Shown here: positions 37,500-46,688 of the stretch, piece by piece
Layout: every line of letters starts with the position of its first letter
How positions within the stretch are numbered: the first letter of the stretch is position 1
DNA from: Oceanispirochaeta sp.
Lineage (GTDB): Bacteria > Spirochaetota > Spirochaetia > DSM-2461
Direction: 5' to 3'
Length of the DNA: 64,000 bases
NCBI GenBank assembly: GCA_963663385.2
Contig: CAXXXD010000004.1
Span: 736,001 to 800,000, forward strand
The notes under the pieces: generated by a model
Database searches by the model: none
The model's input: the letters and a program-made list of their open reading frames with translations, nothing else
What the model was told of the DNA's origin: nothing
Position numbers and translations under genes: made by a program

Positions 37500-39032
37500 C
37501 TATGGTCTATCCGACATTACAATCCGATTCCTGCCATTTTCTTTAGCATAATACAGGCATTTATCAGCCTTCTCTATTAAAGATTCAGCATCATCAATGG
37601 TTTCGTCAGCGGCTGCAATCCCGCCGCTAATCGTTATATAGCCGACAATGGCAAATTGATGAGTCTGTATGGTATTTCGGATTTTCTCCAGAATCCCATA
37701 AGCTGTTTCTCTATCAGTCTCAGGCAATAGCACCAGAAACTCCTCTCCTCCATATCTGCCGATAAAATCCGTTACCCTCAGATTTTCGATAATCAGATGT
37801 ACAAGTTCTTTCAGGAGGGAATCACCAGCCGGATGACCGTATCTGTCATTCACTTTTTTGAAGAAATCGATATCTATCATGCATACAGAAAGCAGGGAGT
37901 TGTACCTTTTATGATGATTAAAAAGTTCAGTGACTTTGGTGAACAGATACATCCTCGATAAAGCGCCGGTAAGCTGGTCAAATAATAATAAAGATTCAAT
38001 TTTTCTATTTGAAAAAAAGTAAAAAAGGATAAGAAAGGAGGAAAGCGCCATTAGTAATACAAAAGCTGAACTCATCAGTAGAAATGACGTATTATGCTCC
38101 TTTATTTCATCATCTCCGGATATTGAAAAAATAAAAGCAACTACCTGATCCTGGAGGTTCCTGACTGGTAGAAAAGTTAAAATGGAAGAATTCCCGTTCA
38201 ACCGGACGGGTACGGAAAAGGGGGTATTATCCTTCAGGCTTTTATCCAGAGACCTTGATATCCTGTTCCTATCATTACTGCTGAGGCCTTTGTCCAGTTG
38301 TGAGACTGTGTTAACGTTCTTATCCAATAAATATTTTTCACTGGCGGACCATTCGGTGTAATTGCCTAGTTCGGATTCAAATACTTTTTCCAGTACCACG
38401 GATTTCAGAATGATAAATTCAACTTCCTGATCATCCAGTTTTTTTATCTGATTTATAATGGCGTTTATTGAAATACTCAATTCAACGGAGCCTATATGAT
38501 TTCCTTCAAAAAACAGGGGGTAAACATTTCTGTATCCGTTGAATATACGACCCTCTTCAAATCCGGAGAGCTTTATCTTTTCACTATTCACGGATTTAAC
38601 TGAATACCGGATGGTTGTCAGATCATCGCCGTACTTTTCGGGTTTATGAAACCGAAGAAAAGACACATTCTTTTTGTCATGGAAATGCAGCTGACGAAAA
38701 TCATAGTCCAGCAGACTTTTATACATTGGCATTAATTCCGTCAGAAGATCCTTCCGCAGGATATCAACTCTGCTTTCATCAGCTTCCGAAAAGGCAGTAC
38801 TCAGGTTCGACAATATATCCTGTCTGTTAATCATATTTTTGAAAATCAGATCGGCGGCCTTTGTGTAGCCGGCAACTGTCAAATCATATTCCTTTTGTAG
38901 TTTACTTGAATAGTTCTCATATATGATTTTTTTATTCTCTGAAAAGTTTGAAAAAATGAAGAAATAGGTAAGGGTAAAAACAGCTGGCAGTACCAACAGT
39001 ATTCCGAAGATTATTTTCTTTTTGCTAAACAT
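37500..39032 (-). CDS. Membrane-anchored diguanylate cyclase with periplasmic Cache-like sensor
   Basis: Two TM segments, QLHFH...SFLRFHKP..YGDDL, DQLTG, DIDFFKKVND.YGH, RxxD I-site and GGEEF. Confidence 0.92.
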   Translation of the reverse strand: MFSKKKIIFGILLVLPAVFTLTYFFIFSNFSENKKIIYENYSSKLQKEYDLTVAGYTKAADLIFKNMINRQDILSNLSTAFSEADESRVDILRKDLLTELMPMYKSLLDYDFRQLHFHDKKNVSFLRFHKPEKYGDDLTTIRYSVKSVNSEKIKLSGFEEGRIFNGYRNVYPLFFEGNHIGSVELSISINAIINQIKKLDDQEVEFIILKSVVLEKVFESELGNYTEWSASEKYLLDKNVNTVSQLDKGLSSNDRNRISRSLDKSLKDNTPFSVPVRLNGNSSILTFLPVRNLQDQVVAFIFSISGDDEIKEHNTSFLLMSSAFVLLMALSSFLILFYFFSNRKIESLLLFDQLTGALSRMYLFTKVTELFNHHKRYNSLLSVCMIDIDFFKKVNDRYGHPAGDSLLKELVHLIIENLRVTDFIGRYGGEEFLVLLPETDRETAYGILEKIRNTIQTHQFAIVGYITISGGIAAADETIDDAESLIEKADKCLYYAKENGRNRIVMSDRP

Positions 39033-39232
39033 CTTTCCATCCTGTGGCATAGGATTCCCGGGCCTTTACATTTTTCTTTGTTATTACAAGTGTATCTGGT
39101 AAAATTCTGAATTGCCAGCTAAATAATGGAAAGAACGACGTAACACAGGCATTGACAGACAGGACAATGCAGGAACACTTTAGCCAATTCCAGTACAGGG
39201 CAGGCCGATATGGCTTCCTGAATGATAATAAA

Positions 39233-39254
39233 CTGAAAACCGGTTCCGGCAATA
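39233..39254 (+). repeat. 22-bp direct repeat, copy 2
   Basis: CTGAAAACCGGTTCCGGCAATA. Confidence 0.8.
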
Positions 39255-39257
39255 CAT

Positions 39258-39359
39258 CTAGAGAGTCTTTTTATCACCCAATTTAATGGAAATTTTCTTA
39301 AAATCTTTCTGTATTTTCAATAATGCTTCAACCAGCACCGGTTGAAAATGTTTTCCAGG
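39258..39359 (-). pseudogene. Possible C-terminal remnant of an HD-GYP protein
   Basis: Manual translation gives PGKHFQPVLVEALLKIQKDFKKISIKLGDKKTL*. There is no start codon and an in-frame stop lies just upstream. Confidence 0.45.
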
Positions 39360-39614
39360 AAGCTGTTGTTGAGATAACTGGTGTATCTGTTATCCTGACC
39401 AGTTCTTTGTAAAGAGGGTTGGGATCGCCTGAAAACCAGCGGATTAATACCTTCCATAATTGAAGATTCCGGGCATCTGTTTCAAAGCTTATCGGGGATC
39501 ATGCTGGCTGTTGGGGAAGGACCGTATGTCTCTTATTAAAAAGTCAGCCGTATTGCGTCCTTCAAAATTCAGAATCAGGAAGTAGAGGATAATATGCTTT
39601 GTAGCTGATTAGTA

Positions 39615-39637
39615 TCCCGCCCTGTGGAAGGGCGGGA
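39615..39637. terminator. GC-rich hairpin downstream of the 39671-41263 gene
   Basis: TCCCGCCCT-GTGGA-AGGGCGGGA with no clear U tract. Confidence 0.55.
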
Positions 39638-39670
39638 CTCAAAATTGAAAATCTATGAATGAACCTTTTG

Positions 39671-41263
39671 TCAGTTCTGAGTGAGTTCCAGCTTCAGATC
39701 GTAGTAGTGATTCTCCTGATAATCAAACTCCTCTCCGTTGAAGGCAGCGATGCCGAAGTACTCTCCGGCGGGAAGATAGGTTTTGATGAGGCCGTTTAAT
39801 CCCTCGCCCGAGTCGTCATCTTCCTCCAGGATATTTTCGATTATATCATCTGATTCCCCTTCCGAGGCACAGATTCCCAGGACCGTATCCGTATCACCGA
39901 ATGTCTGAAGGGTCACCCAGCTCGCCTCTTCCACGGTGAAGCGAAACCAGTCCCAGTCCTGTTCATGGGAGAAGGAACGCCCGCTGAGCCTCTTTCCGGC
40001 GGGAATTCGTGGTGACGTATCGGGGAGGTTGTCCACGTCTTCATAGGCGTCGGAGGCGCTATTAATGAGCATAAGGCTGCCGGTCAGGCCATATTCATTC
40101 CCGTCTCCGTCCAGGCAGTAGGGGGTTACCTTCAGGTAGTAGAGCTCTCCTCCAGTCACAGACTGTACGATCCGGGCGTTCTGTCCCTCCTGTCCCGAGT
40201 CATCATCGGAGCTGATCAGTTCAAGATTCCGGTCATAGAGGGAGAGAAGGGTGTCCAGATTTCCCAGAGTCTCGACTGTCAGAACCCGTATGCTTCCGGC
40301 TTCGCCCGGAATCTCAAGGCTGACCCAGTCCTCATCCTCGCTTGAAGAAAAGTTCCTGTTCTGTATGCTCTGATCCAGGGGGAGGGTGGAAGTCTGTGTA
40401 CTGTCATTATCAGGTTCAAACTCGTCCCTGCTTGACTCCTTCAGTTCCCAGTAGAGGTCGTAGGGACCCTCAGTATCGGAGCTGTAGCCTTTGACATTCA
40501 GATAGTAGATACCGGAGCGATCAAGGACGAAAGAGATCCTTGCGTTGCCGTCGCTGCCCGAATCATCATTCTCCGCCAGGATGGTATAGGGATCTCTCTC
40601 ATGGTAAAGTTTGAGCAGAGTATCCAGAGAACTGCGGGTCTCCACAACAAGCTCAACCCCTTCCCGGGCCTGTTCCTCGGTCACTGTGAACCAGAAGAAA
40701 TCCTCATTTTCCGAGGTCAGGGTCAATCCCTGATTATGATACTGGCTGAGATCGATCTCAGAGGCCTGATTGATGGAGTCGTTGGGCTCCAGCATATCAG
40801 GAATCTGTGAACTGCCGGATACGACACCGGGTCTGAGGATCTGATCCCAGGCCTCGCTGCGGGGGTAGGTAAATTCACGAACCGCGATAAGGGCGGAGCT
40901 TTCCCTCTCTATAAGCCGGAGCATCAGAGAGACGGAAGAGGGAAAGACGGTAGCCGAAAGCTGAATCCGGTACTCCGCAGCGGCACCGTTCAGGATCCGG
41001 ATCTCTGATGATTGCCCGGAGGAGAGAAGGACCTCCTCAAGGCGCTGGCTGACGTAGGCGCTGTAGAATCCCGGGCCGCCGTTAACCTGCAGAGGTATTA
41101 CCTGAACCGTTGCAGGCTCTTCTCCGGATACGGCATCGAATACGATGCTGGCGGCGCCCGACAGAAACTCGTCGAGGACCTTGCTTTCCGCGGCCTGCTG
41201 GGAGTAAAGCAGTCCTCCCGTATAGATAAAAAAGGTCAGAATTAATAAAGATATATGTTTCAT
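39671..41263 (-). CDS. Secreted acidic protein with three PPC/DVUA0089-like repeats
   Basis: Signal peptide, then 3 x [D..E..(N/D)...D.D(W/F)..F...DT.L.L....DDSG.G.N]. Confidence 0.75.
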   Translation of the reverse strand: MKHISLLILTFFIYTGGLLYSQQAAESKVLDEFLSGAASIVFDAVSGEEPATVQVIPLQVNGGPGFYSAYVSQRLEEVLLSSGQSSEIRILNGAAAEYRIQLSATVFPSSVSLMLRLIERESSALIAVREFTYPRSEAWDQILRPGVVSGSSQIPDMLEPNDSINQASEIDLSQYHNQGLTLTSENEDFFWFTVTEEQAREGVELVVETRSSLDTLLKLYHERDPYTILAENDDSGSDGNARISFVLDRSGIYYLNVKGYSSDTEGPYDLYWELKESSRDEFEPDNDSTQTSTLPLDQSIQNRNFSSSEDEDWVSLEIPGEAGSIRVLTVETLGNLDTLLSLYDRNLELISSDDDSGQEGQNARIVQSVTGGELYYLKVTPYCLDGDGNEYGLTGSLMLINSASDAYEDVDNLPDTSPRIPAGKRLSGRSFSHEQDWDWFRFTVEEASWVTLQTFGDTDTVLGICASEGESDDIIENILEEDDDSGEGLNGLIKTYLPAGEYFGIAAFNGEEFDYQENHYYDLKLELTQN

Positions 41264-41515
41264 GAATGCTCCTGTTTTGAAAGTGAACGGGACCAGTGTC
41301 CCGGTGCCTGATCATAGTTGAAAAATGAAGGTCCATTCAAGCCTTAACTGCCATACTTTTTTTGCCAATAGAGTTAATGAGCCGATCAGGAAAAAAGGTG
41401 CCAAGATTGATGTTTTAAAAGTTCAACCTTCTTGCCCCCTAAGTATAAAAGACATTCTCATAATGGTAATCCAGGCAAGGTAAGGCTCAACGTGTGTCGA
41501 CAGCTTTCTCAGGAC

Positions 41516-41549
41516 AAAAAAAAGACTGAACCAGTTATGATTCAGTCTT
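41516..41549 (-). terminator. Intrinsic terminator after tRNA-Pro
   Basis: AAGACTGAA...TTCAGTCTT stem plus a T run on the minus strand. Confidence 0.85.
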
Positions 41550-41557
41550 AATAACGA

Positions 41558-41631
41558 TCGGGCTGAGAGGATTTGAACCTCCGACCCCATGTCCCCCAGA
41601 CATGTACGCTAAACCCCTGCGCTACAGCCCG
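41558..41631 (-). tRNA. tRNA-Pro (GGG), CCA not encoded
   Basis: CGGGCTG/CAGCCCG acceptor stem, anticodon arm CATGT-CTGGGGG-ACATG and T-loop GGTTCAAATCC. Confidence 0.97.
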
Positions 41632-41649
41632 TTATTTAAATGCTCCGAA

Positions 41650-41678
41650 AAATTAGCATAGCCGCTTTAAAATGTCAA
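41650..41678 (-). promoter_or_regulatory. Sigma70 promoter of tRNA-Pro
   Basis: TTGACA, 17 bp spacer, TGn-TAATTT. Confidence 0.7.
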
Positions 41679-41702
41679 TCGATTGATTATAAAATAATTT
41701 TT

Positions 41703-43481
41703 TTATTTAACAGAGCTCTTATTCCGGCTTTTCTCGGCAATCATTCCCGCATTTTTAAGAAAGATTTCAAGAAGTTCAGGATCGAATATCTGACCTGACT
41801 GACTCTTCATATAGGATAAAACATCAATCTCCTGCAGAGCCTTTCTGTAGGGCCTCTCTGAAATAAGGGCATCATAAACATCGACCAATGTAAAAATCCG
41901 CGCACACAGGGGAATCTCTTCTCTCAGTAGTCCCTCGGGATAGCCCGTACCATCCCATCTTTCATGATGATTGTAGATGACAGGTATGGAAGGTTGAAGA
42001 AAAGGGATATTTCTTACAGCTTCTTTACCCATCTGAGGATGTTTACGCATAATATCCCATTCTATAGGGCTGAGAGAGGCGTTCTTATGGAGGATGCTGT
42101 CCGGAATACCCAGTTTCCCTATATCATGCAGAAGGGCTCCTCTTTTCAGGTAAATCCGATCTTCCTCAGGCAGGTTCAGCAGATCTGCCAGAGTCATGGC
42201 AATATTGACAACACGATTGCAATGCCCCTTGGTCTCAATATCCCGCAGTTCCAGAATGCCGGCCCAGGCTTTCAGTATCTCATCGTATGAATTTTCCAGC
42301 AGATCCCGGCTGTCTTCCAGCTGATGGATCAGTTCTTCGTTTGTAATGGCGCTGGATAACTGAAAAAGGTTCATCTGAAGGTATTCAAGCTCGATAGGAT
42401 CCGGTTCCCTGTTGAGTAAAAGCTCCAGAAAGCCTTTTCTGCTTTTTGTGTAAAAATGACTGCCGAAGTACACGCCTTCATCATCCAGTCGGTTCATCAT
42501 GGCAGTCTGGTTCCCGATATTCATAAGCTGATATTTATTCATCATCAGAAAGGGACCGGGAAATTGGGGGATTTGAAAGGGGCTTCCCTCCATTTCTTCC
42601 GGTACGGCTGTCAAATAGACTGAATAATCCGTGTTACGCTCCAGAAGGGATATGGCACTGGCCGAAACAGGGAGTTCCGAATGGAGGTTTTTCTGCATCA
42701 TATTCAGTCTTTCGGAAAAATCGAGCCTTGTCTCGGATATGCAATTCCCTATCTGTCTCAGTGATTTGAGAAGACGGATCTGTTTTGAATTTTCTTCGCG
42801 AATCCTCCGGAGTTCTCTGTTCGATCTGTTTTCATTACAGTAGCGCCGTTCCAGTCCCAGGAGTATAATGCTGATCATCTGGGTTATCAGGATATTAATA
42901 AGAACAACATTCACCACAATGACCCACCATGTTGTTCCGTACTCTATTATGGGTAAGCCATCCAGTGCTCCATAAAGGTAGAGAATGCTCAGAACAAGCA
43001 TTATAAGAGCATTAAACGCTATGTGCCTGATATTACTCTCTTTTGATACATTCAGGGACAGGTATACATAGGATGCGCAGAGGTACAAAAGCCCGGCTCC
43101 GTAGGGACCTGTTGTGATCAGCAGCATTATACCGACCACATAGAGGGATATCCCCAGTATGACGAGCCTCGCATAATAGCTGATGAACCTCATGAAAGCC
43201 AGGGAGGCATAAAGAAAATAGAGCAAAAATGTTATAATGCTCAGGAATATTCTGCCTTCTCTGTAGAACTCAAGAGATCCGCTGACAGTTGCGAAGGGTC
43301 CCAGAACAAGGATTATCAGAAGGAGAGTAATAAATATTGTCTGCTGCCAGTAGAGCAGGGAATCCCTGGGACCACGTTCCGACGGTCTTATCATTACTTT
43401 CCTGAAACGGGAAAGGAGGTGTATAATCGAACCGTGTTTTCTCTGTTTTCTCATTAGAAAATACCTGCTTACTACAAGCAT
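41703..43481 (-). CDS. Membrane HD-GYP domain phosphodiesterase
   Basis: About 6 TM segments, ETKGHC.RV, LHDIGK, HHERWDGTGYP and DVYDAL...RPY. Confidence 0.92.
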   Translation of the reverse strand: MLVVSRYFLMRKQRKHGSIIHLLSRFRKVMIRPSERGPRDSLLYWQQTIFITLLLIILVLGPFATVSGSLEFYREGRIFLSIITFLLYFLYASLAFMRFISYYARLVILGISLYVVGIMLLITTGPYGAGLLYLCASYVYLSLNVSKESNIRHIAFNALIMLVLSILYLYGALDGLPIIEYGTTWWVIVVNVVLINILITQMISIILLGLERRYCNENRSNRELRRIREENSKQIRLLKSLRQIGNCISETRLDFSERLNMMQKNLHSELPVSASAISLLERNTDYSVYLTAVPEEMEGSPFQIPQFPGPFLMMNKYQLMNIGNQTAMMNRLDDEGVYFGSHFYTKSRKGFLELLLNREPDPIELEYLQMNLFQLSSAITNEELIHQLEDSRDLLENSYDEILKAWAGILELRDIETKGHCNRVVNIAMTLADLLNLPEEDRIYLKRGALLHDIGKLGIPDSILHKNASLSPIEWDIMRKHPQMGKEAVRNIPFLQPSIPVIYNHHERWDGTGYPEGLLREEIPLCARIFTLVDVYDALISERPYRKALQEIDVLSYMKSQSGQIFDPELLEIFLKNAGMIAEKSRNKSSVK

Positions 43482-43496
43482 AGAATCCCATCCTGT

Positions 43497-44756
43497 TCAA
43501 TTCAAGAGGATAGGCTGATTATCAGTATTTTTCTGAATCCATTTTTTTCGCAAAATGTATCCTTCTTCAACAGGAACGCCCGGTTTGATTATGCATGGTT
43601 TGCCATGATCCGCCTGAGTCAGGATTTCACCTTCCGGGCTGGTGAGCGTAAAGTTCGAGTCTGCCGAATACAGGTGATCCGGACCAATGTACTCTATCTC
43701 CTCTCCCGGGAAAATCTGGTTTTTAACATCCAGTTCAAAAAGGCCGTTCCCAATATCTTTTCCAATGGAGCCGAGGAATTTGTACTGTGCCTGTTCGGGT
43801 TTTTCAGTGGGCTGTTCAATCTCATCTTTTCCAAAGTAGAAACCGGTTGAAAACTTCCTGTGGCTGACCTTGAAGATCTCTTCCCTGTAACCTTCCAGAT
43901 CCGGTATGTCCCTTCCCTCCAGAGATTCAATCATTTTTCTGTAAGCCCTTGTAACAATGGCTGTGTAGTAGATGGATTTCATTCTCCCTTCAATCTTCAG
44001 AGAGTCGATTCCCGCATTTTTCAGATCCCGCAGGTGATCAATCATGCAGATATCCTTGCTGCTGAGGATCGATGTAAAACCGTCGCCTTCGTAGATCGGG
44101 TAGTATTCTCCCGGGCGCTGTTCCTCCTCCAGTACCATCTCTGTATTGGCGGGGCCTTCCAGAGGCCGGAAATCCCAGCGGCAGGAGTGGGCGCAGCTGC
44201 CGTCATTGGCGCTGCGGTCTATCATCCATCTGCTTAAGAAACAGCGTCCCGAGTAGGCCAGGCACATGGCGCCGTGAACGAAGGTTTCCAGTTCTATATC
44301 GGGAACAGCCCTGCGTATCCCTTCAATCTCTTTCAGGGAGCATTCCCGTCCCAGGATTACCCGTTTAAAACCCAGATCCCTGTACAGTTTGACCGATTCG
44401 CTGTTCAGGGCATTGGCCTGGGTGCTCAGGTGCAGGTCTCTTCCGGGAAAGTGCTTCTGCAGCAGCCGGAGGATTCCCATATCGCTAATGATGAAGGCAT
44501 CGAAAGGGTAGGCTTCGAAGGATTCGAGGGATTCCTCAAGCCTTTTCAGATCCTGATTGTGAAAATATATGTTCAGGGCGCAGAAAAGCTTTTTGTCCCC
44601 TTTTATTCTGGCGATTTCCCGGGCTTCCTCCCGGCCGAAATTATCAGCTTTTGCTCTCAGAGAGAAGCTGTGCAGGCCTATATAGGCGGCATCCGCCCCA
44701 TACTGGTAGGCGTATTTCAGTTTTTCCACATTTCCTGCGGGTGATAGTAGTTCCAT
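43497..44756 (-). CDS. Peptidase U32 family Fe-S protein (TrhP-like RNA hydroxylation)
   Basis: ELLSPAG, GADAAY, HLSTQ, ETFVHGAMCLAYSGRC...CAHSCR and SLKIEGRMK. Confidence 0.9.
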   Translation of the reverse strand: MELLSPAGNVEKLKYAYQYGADAAYIGLHSFSLRAKADNFGREEAREIARIKGDKKLFCALNIYFHNQDLKRLEESLESFEAYPFDAFIISDMGILRLLQKHFPGRDLHLSTQANALNSESVKLYRDLGFKRVILGRECSLKEIEGIRRAVPDIELETFVHGAMCLAYSGRCFLSRWMIDRSANDGSCAHSCRWDFRPLEGPANTEMVLEEEQRPGEYYPIYEGDGFTSILSSKDICMIDHLRDLKNAGIDSLKIEGRMKSIYYTAIVTRAYRKMIESLEGRDIPDLEGYREEIFKVSHRKFSTGFYFGKDEIEQPTEKPEQAQYKFLGSIGKDIGNGLFELDVKNQIFPGEEIEYIGPDHLYSADSNFTLTSPEGEILTQADHGKPCIIKPGVPVEEGYILRKKWIQKNTDNQPILLN

Positions 44757-44902
44757 GGCTCCTCATTATCGAAAAAACCGGCGTCAGGTCAACTATATGA
44801 AATGGTAAATCAGGAAAAACCTGTTAATTCAGTGGACTGAAAGTTACCGAGCGGATAAAATAGGTAATTGTGGATTGTATACAATTAATGGAAGGAGCTG
44901 AT

Positions 44903-45982
44903 ATGCGGGAAGATACGATACTCAACTGGTTCGGAACCGATCCTTTCGAAGCCGGAAGAATCCTGATGGAAAAGGCGGAGCAGTGGAAGAACTGGGATAT
45001 CAACGACACAATCGGTTTAAAGCCCAATCTGGTGGTATCCAGAAAAGCTGAATCCGGAGCAACCACGCACCCCGATTTCGTGGCCGGTGTTATAGATTTC
45101 CTCCAGGAAAAAGGGTTTTCCCGGTTGAAAATTGTTGAGGGATCCTGGGTCGGAGACTGTACGCAGAGGGCGTTCCAAGTCTGCGGATACACGGATCTTT
45201 CAGAAAAATACAGTATCCCCCTAGTGGATCTGCAGAAGGATGAATCCGTACTCTGCAATGCCTCAAACGGTTCCTGCAGGATATGCCGCAGTGTTCTGGA
45301 GCTGGACAGACTGATCAATATGCCTGTTTTAAAAGGTCACTGCCAGACTTCTGTAACCTGTGCTCTGAAGAACCTCAAAGGATGCATACCGGACAGTGAA
45401 AAAAGGCGCTACCACCGGGAAGGGCTGCATCAGCCCATTGCCGATCTGAATGAAATTCTCCGGGCCGACCTCATCCTTGTTGATGGACTGCAGGGGGATC
45501 CGGATTTTGAAGAGGGGGGCAATCCCTGCCGGATGAATCTCTTTCTGGCCGGAATCGATCCGGTTCTGATGGACAGCTATGTGACGGGAATCCTTGGACT
45601 GACAGTCAGGGATGTTCCCTATATTGAAAAAGCGGCCGCGCTGGGAGCGGGATCTGTTCTGACCGACAAGTCCCGGATCCTCTTTCTGAACAAGGGGGAA
45701 AAGCTGGAAGGGATTGAGCGGACGGCCCTGGCAGACCGTCTGGGGGGATACATCAAAGAAGACAGCGCGTGCAGCGCCTGCTATGCCTCGTTAGTTCAGG
45801 CTCTTTCCATACTGGAGAAACAGGGGAAACTTCCTGCAGAGCCTGTTTTGATCGGGCAGGGGTATAAGGGAACAAATCCGGAAGGAATCGGTGTCGGACA
45901 GTGCCTCAAAGGGGCCCGCTCTTTTGTCAAAGGGTGTCCGCCTTCCACGGAGGAAATCGTGAATTTCCTTCAGTTCATTTAA
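44903..45982 (+). CDS. DUF362 domain protein with C-terminal Cys cluster
   Basis: LKPNLV, ATTHP, PVLKGH...ALKNLKG, ACSAC and GCPP. RBS GGAG precedes 44903. Confidence 0.85.
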   Translation: MREDTILNWFGTDPFEAGRILMEKAEQWKNWDINDTIGLKPNLVVSRKAESGATTHPDFVAGVIDFLQEKGFSRLKIVEGSWVGDCTQRAFQVCGYTDLSEKYSIPLVDLQKDESVLCNASNGSCRICRSVLELDRLINMPVLKGHCQTSVTCALKNLKGCIPDSEKRRYHREGLHQPIADLNEILRADLILVDGLQGDPDFEEGGNPCRMNLFLAGIDPVLMDSYVTGILGLTVRDVPYIEKAAALGAGSVLTDKSRILFLNKGEKLEGIERTALADRLGGYIKEDSACSACYASLVQALSILEKQGKLPAEPVLIGQGYKGTNPEGIGVGQCLKGARSFVKGCPPSTEEIVNFLQFI

Positions 45983-45996
45983 AAAAAATATTATTC

Positions 45997-46023
45997 TAAC
46001 GGAAATCTCATATATGCCGATAT
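45997..46023 (+). promoter_or_regulatory. Sigma28 (FliA)-type promoter
   Basis: TAAC-N15-GCCGATAT compared with consensus TAAA-N15-GCCGATAA. Confidence 0.6.
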
Positions 46024-46029
46024 AAAATC

Positions 46030-46147
46030 ATGACATAACTTAATGAAGTTGTTTCAGCCGGCAAGAGGCGATCATTATCGGATCCGATAGAACCGGCTGA
46101 AATAAAATAGATGACCCCGGGACACTGAAGCGGGGTTCTTTTTATTT
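46030..46147 (+). ncRNA. Candidate structured small RNA, about 115 nt
   Basis: Preceded by a promoter. Has an 11-bp stem (46051-61/46093-103) with an internal inverted repeat, and a terminator GACCCCG...CGGGGTT-CTTTTTATTT. Confidence 0.5.
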
Positions 46148-46202
46148 ATAAGGCCTCTCTAAATATATTTTTCGGTTTTCCACTTGTGCCATTAACTGTC
46201 TA

Positions 46203-46598
46203 TTATGTAATATTCCTGACAATCCAGAGAACCCGTTCCAGGGGATCGTCTTTTTTCAATCTGAAGGGCAGAATGGTTACATGAAATCTCTGAATGCTCT
46301 CAGGACCTCCGCTGATTGTGTTCATGAAATCGGATAAGCTCAGATTGTACTCTACTTCCAGAACTTCTCCGGTTTGAATAACCCTGTCGATAAGGGACTG
46401 AAAATACGAAGCCTTTTCTTCGCACAGAACTTCGGGGTAGGACTTTCCGATCAGTTTGCTTCCGTCGGAATAGAATCTCCGGTTGGATCCGCCCAGAAGG
46501 GAGAGGTATCTGCCTTTATCGCTCATTATAAAAACGATTACGGTATCAGACTGCAGTTCTTCCATGATGCGAAGTTGAAGCTCATCCGGTAAATCCAT
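46203..46598 (-). CDS. Stand-alone PAS-like domain protein
   Basis: FIMSDKGRYL...LIGKS..EVL...IDRVI.TGE...EY pattern. RBS GGAGG. Confidence 0.7.
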   Translation of the reverse strand: MDLPDELQLRIMEELQSDTVIVFIMSDKGRYLSLLGGSNRRFYSDGSKLIGKSYPEVLCEEKASYFQSLIDRVIQTGEVLEVEYNLSLSDFMNTISGGPESIQRFHVTILPFRLKKDDPLERVLWIVRNIT

Positions 46599-46688
46599 TT
46601 TTTTCCTCCCCAGGATACTAAGTATATATGATAGGAACGCCTTTTTGGTAGATAAAATTCTGTGGAATGAATCAACGCTTCATTCAGG

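Noticed and set aside
39185..39211. Second sigma28-like GCCGATAT
   Set aside because: There is no TAAA-like -35 element at the proper spacing, and it points away from the DGC.
41264..41515. Intergenic stretch downstream of the tRNA terminator as a gene remnant
   Set aside because: It has only very short ORFs and no recognisable motif.
37460..41631. tRNA-anchored integrative element or prophage
   Set aside because: There is no integrase or phage gene, and I found no duplicate of the tRNA 3' end.
46030..46147. c-di-GMP or other known riboswitch
   Set aside because: It lacks the GEMM GGCAAAC/GNRA signature and has no downstream gene on the same strand. Kept as an sRNA candidate instead.
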